Origin: Octopus sinensis
Taxonomy: Eukaryota
Direction: 5' to 3'
Length of the DNA: 6,107 nt
Assembly: GCF_006345805.1 (NCBI RefSeq)
Contig: NW_021829425.1
Location: 1-6,107 of the forward strand
Of the stretch, positions 1 to 6,107 are shown in pieces (positions within the stretch are counted from its first letter, which is position 1; each line of letters opens with the position of its first letter). A program made the translations under genes and the position numbers. Under the pieces are notes generated by a model that did no database searches, had not been told where the DNA came from, and saw nothing but the letters and a program-made list of their open reading frames with translations.

Positions 1-225
1 ATCCCTCTCACTCACCGTACTTCCTGCATAAGTCGCTATCGGTCGTGTTGTCAATTTTGCACTTCATATTGTTGATCCTTAACGCTTGTTCCTGAGCTGC
101 GCATATGAATGCTTGTCTCTAACTTCAGGTCACTCCTCTTCATCCATAGCCACCGGTTCTCTGCATCTGTCTTGGCGTTCACATTTCTCGCAAACTGACT
201 GTACATTTTTCCTTCCTTGCTTTTT
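1..225 (-). pseudogene. Decayed R4/Dong-like (RLE-type) non-LTR retrotransposon ORF fragment, region leading into the CCHC zinc knuckle
   Basis: Manual minus-strand translation: 206-114 MYSQFARNVNAKTDAENRWLWMKRSDLKLET, a frameshift at ~113, then 112-11 AFICAAQEQALRINNMKCKIDNTTDSDLCRKYGE and a stop at 10-8. This matches the recalled R4/Dong motif series (M/L)HGQF...W.W...LK.ETE..I.AAQEQAL.TN..K..I......CR.CG. The second Cys is mutated to Tyr. Not in the ORF track. Confidence 0.8.
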
Positions 226-231
226 CTTATT

Positions 232-630
232 TCTTTTTTTTTTTATTCTTTTATCTTTTTTTATTTGCTTCGGGCATTTGGCTGCGGCCATGCTGGAGCA
301 CCGTCTTTAGTCGAGCAAATCAACACCAGGACTTATTCTTTGTAAGCCTAGTACTTATTCTATTGGTCTCTTTTGCCGAACGGCTAAGTTACGGGGATGT
401 AAACACACAAGCATCGGTTGTCAAGCGATGTTGGGGAGACAAACACAGACATACAAACACATATATATACATGTTATACGACAAGCTTCTTTCAGTTTCC
501 GTCTACCAAATCCACTCACAAGGCTTTGGTCGGCCTGAGGCTATTGTAGAAGACACTTTCACAAGGTACCATGCAGTGGGACTGAACCCGTAACCAAGAG
601 GTTGGTAAGCAAGCTACTTACCACACAGCC
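232..630 (-). mobile_element. tRNA-derived SINE, family A (octopus-type), near full length, inserted into the LINE fragment
   Basis: Minus strand: A-box-like GGCTGTGTGG (630-621), B-box GGTTCAGTCCC (588-578), body CCTTGTGAAAGTGTCTTCTAC...GGCCGACCAAAGCCTTGTGAGTGGATTTGGTAGACGG, a short internal TG/TA tract (~443-472), 3' part ending GCATGGCCGCAGCCAAATG, and an A-rich tail. Colinear with the plus-strand copy at 4019-4734. Confidence 0.9.
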
Positions 631-745
631 TTCTTGTTAAAATTTTTCTTTAGTTACACAATATTTCAGTTTTGATGACGCCGGCCTTCTTCGTATGTTT
701 CAACAGTGGCTCCACAGCATTTTTTATATACCACCCTAACTGTTT
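631..745 (-). pseudogene. Upstream continuation of the same R4/Dong-like ORF fragment (apparent 5'-truncated end)
   Basis: Minus strand 745-665 reads KQLGWYIKNAVEPLLKHTKKAGVIKTE, resembling the LGWY..N..EPLL segment that precedes HGQF in R4/Dong ORFs. It lies directly on the other side of the SINE from the 1-225 fragment, on the same strand and in the expected order. Confidence 0.65.
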
Positions 746-759
746 TATCATCATCATCA

Positions 760-807
<48 letters not shown>

Positions 808-931
808 TATTATTATTATTATTATTATTATTATCATTATTATTATCATTATTATTATCATTATATTATTATTATTATTATTATTATATTATTATTATTA
901 TTATTATATTATTATTATTATTATTATTTTG

Positions 932-973
<42 letters not shown>

Positions 974-1162
974 CATTATTATTATCATTATTATTACCAT
1001 TATATTATTATTACCATTATTATTTTTATTATTTTATTATTATTATTATTATTGTCATTATTATTATTATTATTATTATTACCATTATGATTATTATTAT
1101 TATTATTATTATTATTATCATTATTATTATTATTATTATTATCATTATTATTATTATTATTA

Positions 1163-1200
<38 letters not shown>

Positions 1201-1220
1201 GTTATTATTATTATTATTAT

Positions 1221-1255
<35 letters not shown>

Positions 1256-1262
1256 TTTATTA
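746..1262. repeat. ~520-bp imperfect (TTA/TAA)n microsatellite with TCA/CCA variant units
   Basis: Directly visible. It produces the poly-I/L/Y/N ORFs. Confidence 0.99.
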
Positions 1263-1540
1263 GGACAGTTGACAGAATTAAATGAAAGACCCTCGAGTAT
1301 TAAATAATGTCCCTTATGCTTTTAGTTCTAATCCCTTCGGGATTGACTTTGTACTTTCTATTTCAGAGGTCGGTAGAGCACCGGACAATATACCTCGATG
1401 CATTTAATTACATTTCTTTACATTCCGAGTCCCAAAGTCCCACCGTGGTTCTGTTTTTACCTTTGATCCTTTCAGGGGGCCAATAAAACACTAGTGAAAT
1501 ACTGAGGGTGGGTAGGGGGTGTCAACTTTGCTTTCATCCA
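1262..1540 (+). mobile_element. Two to three strongly degraded tandem fragments of SINE family B
   Basis: TTTTAGTTCTAATCCCTTCGGGATTGACTTTGTACTTTCTATTTCAGAGGTCGGT (~1320-1374), CTTTACATTCCGAGT...TTTACCTTTGATCCTTTCAGGGG...ATACTGAGG (~1416-1508) and GTCAACTTTGCTTTCATCC (1521-1539) resemble GAATTCAAATTCCGCATAGGTCGACTTTGCCTTTCATCCTTTTGGGGTCGA at 6010-6060. Confidence 0.55.
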
Positions 1541-1576
1541 ATCGTTTTGTTCTGTTCCCCCAAACCCTTCGTAGAG

Positions 1577-1661
1577 AAAACAACCAACTAACCGACCGAC
1601 CGACCAGCCAACAAACCAGCAAACATCAACAAACCAACAAACCAAACACCCCCACCAAAAT
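1577..1661. repeat. Degenerate (AACC/GACC/AAAC)n tetranucleotide tract
   Basis: caaccaactaaccgaccgaccgaccagccaacaaaccagcaaac... Confidence 0.8.
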
Positions 1662-1805
1662 ATAAAACATTTCTGGCCAAGCACCAATGTTAGAAATAGT
1701 AGCTATTATTTGTATTCCCATCAGCGATCCCTTGTCGTTCCTTCTTCGTCATCGTGGTCATCATAATATTGTTTACGTCAATTCTTATGACCAAAATTAT
1801 ATTCA

Positions 1806-1877
1806 TCTCTCCTCTCTCTCTCTCTCTCTCTTTATCTCTCTTCCTCTCCCACTTTTCTCCTCCTCTCTTTCCCCTCT
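1806..1877. repeat. (TC)n / pyrimidine-rich tract
   Basis: Directly visible. Confidence 0.9.
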
Positions 1878-2023
1878 AGCGATTAGTCTGCAGAAATGTG
1901 AAATAAACACTAAATATATAATAAAAATAAATAAATAGGTTAAAAAAATAAGCAGTTTGCTCTTATTTTTACATTTTTTTAAAAAATATTTTTCTCTTCG
2001 TATATTTTATGCTGTAGTTTTTC

Positions 2024-2070
<47 letters not shown>
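2024..2070. repeat. Perfect (TAT)n microsatellite, about 15 units
   Basis: Directly visible. Confidence 0.97.
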
Positions 2071-2071
<1 letters not shown>

Positions 2072-2243
2072 TTTTATTTTTATTGGTGGATTTATGGTAT
2101 TTCGTCGGTTAATTCTATAATTTGCTGTTTGGGAAACTCTGTTGACAAGCACAACAAACATAGAGCAAAGTGCTGCAATGTTTCGAGGGCAATAAAAAAT
2201 GGTAAATTAGTAAACGGGGTTCATTGCTCTCCCTTACTCCCCG

Positions 2244-2378
2244 CCTCTCTCTCTCTTCTTCTTCTTCTCCTTCTCTTCTTCTCTTCTTCTCTTCTTCTTC
2301 TTCTTCTTCTTCTTCTTCTTCTTCTTCTTCTTCTTCTTCTTCTTCTTCTTCTTCTTCTTCTTCTTCTTCTTCTTCTCT
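2244..2378. repeat. Pure polypyrimidine tract containing (CTT)28
   Basis: No purine on the plus strand from 2244 to 2378, with perfect CTT repeats at 2291-2374. Confidence 0.97.
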
Positions 2379-2473
2379 ACTATCTCTACGTCTCCTCTTC
2401 CATCTGCTTCTTCCGTGTCTCTTTCTCTTCCACCATACGTACATCAGGACAACGCTTGTCGTCTTCTGTCAGG

Positions 2474-3130
2474 AACACACAAACACACGCACATCACACG
2501 CATCAAACTGCATGATCACATACTCATACGTGCACATACACACACATCCATCCATGCACGCACGCACACGCACACACACACATATACACAAATATACACG
2601 CATATAATCATACAAATACCAAAACAGTTACGACCACACACACACACACACACAGATATACGCATATAATCATAAGAATACCAAAACTCACGACTACACA
2701 CTCACACACACACACAACACACATACACACACACACACATATGCACACACACACACATACGCACGCACACACACAGTTATACGCATATAGTCATAAGAAT
2801 ACCAAAACTCACGACCACACACTCACATACACACAAACACATGCACGCACACACACACACATGCACGCACACACACACACACATACACACACATATGCAC
2901 GCACACACACACACATTCACACACAGAACCATCGTACATCAAACAATACAATCATATATTCACAAGCACTAACATCATATATGCACACATCCGTACACGC
3001 AGACCTCTCTACTCACACACATACATACACAAATACACCCATACACGCGCACACACACACATTCAATAACAGGAACACAAAAACACTCACAAGCACACCA
3101 CACACACACACACACACACACAACACACAG
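2474..3130. repeat. Compound (CA)n-rich tract containing three copies of a ~40-bp non-simple unit
   Basis: CA/CG/TA dinucleotide mosaic, with ACGCATATA(A/G)TCATA..AATACCAAAAC..ACGAC starting at 2598, 2660 and 2781. Confidence 0.93.
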
Positions 3131-3214
3131 GTGCCTCTAAATTTATATACATATAACAAATAAAAACATGTATTGGTTTGATTTAATGTCTTGGCCTTTT
3201 CGTCTCACAGTTTA

Positions 3215-3862
3215 CTACATCCTTCACCAACATCACCACCACCACCACCCACAACCACAACATTGCTACCAGCAATACCACCATCACCACCATCGCTACC
3301 ACCAGCTCCACCCCTGACTCTGGCATCAGTATTAGCATCACCATCACCACAGCCATTTCTACCAACACTGTCATCATCACTATTATCACCACTACCACCA
3401 CCACCACCACCACCACCACAACTAGCATCACTGTCACCACGACCTCTGTAACCACTACTAACACCATACCACCACATTTACCAACACCACCACCAATACC
3501 AGCACCAATACCCCTACCACCACCACCACCACCACCACCACCAAATACAACAACCACTACCACCACTATCAGCATGACTCTCACCACGACCACTAAAACC
3601 ACTACCAACACCACCACCATCGCCATCACCATCACCACAGCCATCACTATCGCCTTGATCGCTGTAACCACCACAAAAGCCACCACCAACACTATCGGCA
3701 CTGCTATAACCACCGCGCACCGTTCTCCTCCACCATCACCATCACCATCAACATTACCCCGCCCTCTCATTATCACTATCACTACCAGCAGCAGCATCAT
3801 CATTATCAGTAAGTATAAACATCGTAACTATCACTTCCACCACTACCGTCACCATCACCACA
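3215..3862. repeat. Degenerate (CCA/TCA/CTA)n trinucleotide low-complexity tract
   Basis: ACC/ATC/ACT triplet periodicity with phase shifts, giving poly-P/T/H and poly-V/G ORFs in several frames. Confidence 0.88.
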
Positions 3863-4018
3863 GTTCACATAATGTTTTTTTTTCTTTTTATCTCGAAATC
3901 TTAAACGTTTCTTGAGGTTTCTTTCGGTACCAAAAGACTTCTTTAACGGAACAAACGGAAGAAGCATCTGTAAACGCTTTCAACCTGCAAGAAATAGCTG
4001 TTATTTCTTCCTCAAATA

Positions 4019-4399
4019 GGTACATGCACGGCTGTGTGATTAAGAAGCTCGCTTTACATCTACGTGACTCGGGTTCAGTCCCGCTACGTGGCACCTCGGG
4101 CAAGTGCTTTCTTCTCTAGCCTCGGCCGACCAATGTCTTGTGAGTGAATTTGACAGACAGTGCAAGCCCAAATTATTTAGATGTGTATGTGCGTGTGTGT
4201 ATACATGCGTGTGTATACATGCGTGTGTTTGTAGATGTATGTACATGTATATGTGTTTATGTGTACGGGTGCTTGCGTTCGTTTGTGTGTGCGTGTGTAA
4301 TTTGATAGACGGTTCAAATCCGCTGTGTAAGGTGTGTATACGCGTGTGTGTTTATGTAGTGTGTGTCAGTGTGTAAGTATGTGTGTGCATTAATACCTG

Positions 4400-4447
<48 letters not shown>

Positions 4448-4734
4448 TGTGTTGTGTGTGTGTGTGTATATGTACATGTGTGTGCATTAATACCTGTATA
4501 TATGTGTGTGTGCGTGTGTCTGTGCCTTTGTGTCTGAGTTTCTCCCTCCGCCTCTGGCAAACCGGAATTGGTTTGTTTAAGTTTCTGTAAATTAGAGGAT
4601 CGACAAAAGATGCGATAGAATAAATACCTTAAAATTAAGTTCTTAGGTCGATTTGTTTCACTAAAAAACACTTCAATGCGGTACATCGGCATGGCCGCTG
4701 TCCAATGACTAAAACATCTAAATGATAAAAGATA
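4019..4734 (+). mobile_element. tRNA-derived SINE, family A, full length, with an internal (TG)n expanded to ~340 bp
   Basis: A-box-like GGCTGTGTGA (4030-4039), B-box GGTTCAGTCCC (4072-4082), then GGCACCTCGGGCAAGTG...GGCCGACCAATGTCTTGTGAGTGAATTTG. After the TG tract the 3' half resumes (CAAAAGA..CGATAGAATAA, GGTCGATTTG, GCATGGCCGC.GTC.AATG, AAATGATAAAAGATA), matching the reverse complement of ~250-445. Confidence 0.88.
4181..4525. repeat. Compound (TG)n microsatellite inside the SINE
   Basis: Directly visible. It includes a duplicated GCATTAATACCTGTATATATG at 4387 and 4484. Confidence 0.97.
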
Positions 4735-4845
4735 GTCAACCCTGTCTTTCAAAAATAAGGAAACATAATATGATTCTTGGTAGTTTACGAGCAGGAAATT
4801 ATATACGGGATGGTCATGTCGAAAACGTCTTTAACCATACATCGG

Positions 4846-4907
4846 TCGGCTGATATACCCTCCAGCCTTCTTCAAGTGTTTTGGAGAAACAACTACGCCA
4901 TATGCCC
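4846..4907 (-). mobile_element. Inverted, internally deleted partial copy of the tRNA/hammerhead element
   Basis: The reverse complement of 4846-4879 matches 5164-5197 at 32/34 nt, and the reverse complement of 4888-4907 matches 4910-4929 at 19/20 nt. Confidence 0.9.
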
Positions 4908-4984
4908 GTGGGCATATGGCGTAGTGGTTAAGAGCGCGGGCTACTAACCCCAATATTCCGAGTTCGATTCCAAGCAGTGAACTG

Positions 4985-5047
4985 AACAATAATAATAATA
5001 ATAATAATAATAACAATAATTATAATAACAATAATAATTATAATAAC

Positions 5048-5094
<47 letters not shown>

Positions 5095-5129
5095 TAATAA
5101 TGATAATAACAACAACAACAACAACAACA
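4985..5129. repeat. (AAT)n grading into (AAC)n, inside family C element
   Basis: Directly visible. Confidence 0.97.
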
Positions 5130-5162
5130 TCGAAAAATACCTTAGATTGAGAACCCAGATTC

Positions 5163-5208
5163 GACACCTGAAGAAGGCTGGAGAGTATATCAGCCGAAAA
5201 GTTGTGTT
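5163..5208 (+). ncRNA. Minimal type-I hammerhead ribozyme-like motif (Penelope-like-element type), probably impaired in this copy
   Basis: Helix I GACAC(5163-67)/GTGTT(5204-08); core CTGAAGA(5168-74) plus one extra A; helix II GGCTG(5176-80)/CAGCC(5191-95); GAAA(5196-99); then A-G-T-T, placing an NUH triplet GUU at 5201-5203. Helix III has no loop, and 5200 is A where C would give the palindrome AACGTT. Confidence 0.7.
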
Positions 5209-5262
5209 AACAACAAACAAGATGAGGACAAATACCCGTCGAATGTAAATAATTTAAAGGAA

Positions 5263-5320
5263 GAAATGCTGCTAAGCTCTTCTGTTGTACGTGCTAACGA
5301 TTCCGCCATCTCGCTGTCTT
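5263..5320 (-). mobile_element. 5' head fragment of SINE family B
   Basis: The reverse complement AAGACAGCGAGATGGCGGAATCGTTAGCACG...GCTTAGCAGCATTTC aligns with AAGGCAGCGAGCTAGCAGAATCGTTAGTACG...GCTTAGCGGTATTTC at 5936-5992. Confidence 0.8.
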
Positions 5321-5328
5321 AGCTGCAG

Positions 5329-5526
5329 TAATATTGGTCTCAAATTTTAGCGCAACGACAGCAATTTTGAGGGAAAGGTTAAATCGATAACATTAACCCC
5401 AGTGCTCAACTTGTGTTCATTTCATCGACCCCGAAAGGACGAAAGACAAAGTCCAGGAAGGATATGAACTCAAAAACGCGCAGATGGCTGAAATGCTACT
5501 AAGCATTTCGTCCAGCTCGCTGTCTT
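5329..5526 (-). mobile_element. SINE family B copy with a ~20-bp deletion in the head
   Basis: Reverse complement: AAGACAGCGAGCTGG[del]ACGAAATGCTTAG...TGAGTTCATATCC...GACTTTGTCTTTCGTCCTTTCGGGGTCGATGAAAT...AAATTGCTG...AAAATTTGAGACCAATATTA, colinear with 5556-5792. Confidence 0.87.
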
Positions 5527-5555
5527 TACTGATTCTAATATGACTGCTACTGCTA

Positions 5556-5792
5556 GGGCGGCGAGCGGACAGGATCGTTAGCACGCTGGGCGAAATGCTT
5601 GGCGGCATTTCGTCCGTCTGCGCCTTCTGACGGTCATATTCCGACGAGATCGACTTTGCCTTTCATTCTTTCGGGGTCGATAAAATCAATACCAGTTGAT
5701 CAGTGGAATCGATTAATCGACATACCTCCACCCCCACCCCGCTTATTGCCACGAAATTGCTGGTCTTGTACCAAAATTTGAAACTAATATTA
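5556..5792 (+). mobile_element. SINE family B copy, full length
   Basis: GGCGGCGAGC...ATCGTTAGCACG...CGAAATGCTT...TCGACTTTGCCTTTCATTCTTTCGGGGTCGATAAAAT..TACCAGTT...AAATTGCTGGTCTTGTACCAAAATTTGAAACTAATATTA. Confidence 0.9.
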
Positions 5793-5838
5793 GCTCAAGT
5801 AATAGCACCCTCACCACATCACCACCATCAACAATATT

Positions 5839-5907
5839 CTTCTCTATACTAGGCACAAGGCGCGAAGTTTTGGGGGAGGGGGCACCAGTCGATTAGATCG
5901 ATCCAGT
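5839..5907 (-). mobile_element. 5'-truncated SINE family B-related 3' end, flanked by an 18-bp target-site duplication
   Basis: The reverse complement ACTGGATCGATCTAATCGACTGG..CCCCCTCCCCCAAAA...CCTTGTGCC resembles the 3' ends at 5701-5772 and 6083-6105. ACCACCATCAACAATATT occurs at 5821-5838 and 5908-5925. Confidence 0.85.
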
Positions 5908-5935
5908 ACCACCATCAACAATATTAACATCATGA

Positions 5936-6107
5936 AAGGCAGCGAGCTAGCAGAATCGTTAGTACGACGGACGAAATGCTTAGCGGTATTTCGTCTGCCG
6001 TTACGTCCTGAATTCAAATTCCGCATAGGTCGACTTTGCCTTTCATCCTTTTGGGGTCGATTAAATAAGTACCAGTTACGCCACTGGGGTCGATATAATC
6101 GACTTAA
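5936..6107 (+). mobile_element. SINE family B copy, cut by the window end
   Basis: A-box-like TAGCAGAATCG (5948-5958), B-box-like GAATTCAAATTCC (6010-6022), body GTCGACTTTGCCTTTCATCCTTTTGGGGTCGA and AAGTACCAGTT...CTGGGGTCGATATAATCGAC. Confidence 0.9.

Larger units (their letters stand above)
4910..5255 (+). mobile_element. tRNA-headed SINE-like element (family C): tRNA head, (AAT/AAC)n, then a hammerhead-containing 3' module
   Basis: A box TGGCGTAGTGG (4917-4927), anticodon-like arm GGG-CTACTAA-CCC (4938-4950), B box GAGTTCGATTCC (4960-4971), no intact acceptor stem, microsatellite at 4985-5129, hammerhead-like motif at 5163-5208. The 3' boundary is approximate. Confidence 0.8.

Noticed and set aside
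10-16. Consensus splice donor G|GTGAGT on the minus strand
   Set aside because: It falls inside the frameshifted retrotransposon remnant, and no matching acceptor is evident.
363-593. 76-aa ORF and the similar short ORFs at 3888-4752 and 5417-6026
   Set aside because: They lie within or across SINE copies and are chance open frames.
672-1307. Long ORFs rich in I/L/Y/N
   Set aside because: They are translations of the (TTA)n microsatellite, with no domain content.
2598-2820. CRISPR-like repeat-spacer pattern
   Set aside because: Spacers are CA microsatellite of unequal length, the repeats are imperfect, the context is eukaryotic and there are no cas genes.
2115-3163. Poly-E/S/L and HT-repeat ORFs
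   Set aside because: They arise from (CTT)n and (CA)n tracts that lack stop codons.
3183-3915. Mucin/extensin-like Pro/Thr-rich or Val/Gly-rich ORFs
   Set aside because: Degenerate (CCA)n is open in several frames on both strands, with phase shifts and no convincing exon boundaries. A real low-complexity exon cannot be fully excluded without RNA-seq.
4846-4880. Second functional hammerhead on the minus strand
   Set aside because: The core reads TTGAAGA instead of CTGANGA, and the copy ends at CCGA, lacking the full GAAA, the cleavage triplet and the 3' helix I strand.
4910-4984. Functional tRNA gene (apparent anticodon ACT)
   Set aside because: The acceptor stem does not pair, there is no long Ser-type variable arm and no oligo-T terminator, and it runs into a repeat body. 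It is better explained as a SINE head.

Overview
Eukaryotic, gene-free window made almost entirely of microsatellites and retroposons. The SINE types and the microsatellite load suggest an octopus or other coleoid cephalopod genome (inferred from recalled repeat sequences, not from a search). None of the supplied ORFs is a credible protein. Contents: (i) a decayed R4/Dong-like non-LTR retrotransposon fragment on the minus strand (1-745), split by a tRNA-derived SINE and abutting a ~520-bp (TTA)n tract; (ii) long (TTA), (TC), (CTT), (CA) and (CCA) tracts; (iii) a second copy of the first SINE family with a greatly expanded internal (TG)n (4019-4734); (iv) the most interesting element, a tRNA-headed repeat (4910-5255) with an internal (AAT)n and a minimal, Penelope-type hammerhead ribozyme motif near its 3' end, preceded head-to-head by an inverted, internally deleted partial copy of itself; (v) five copies or fragments of another SINE family in alternating orientations (5263-6107), one flanked by an 18-bp target-site duplication.
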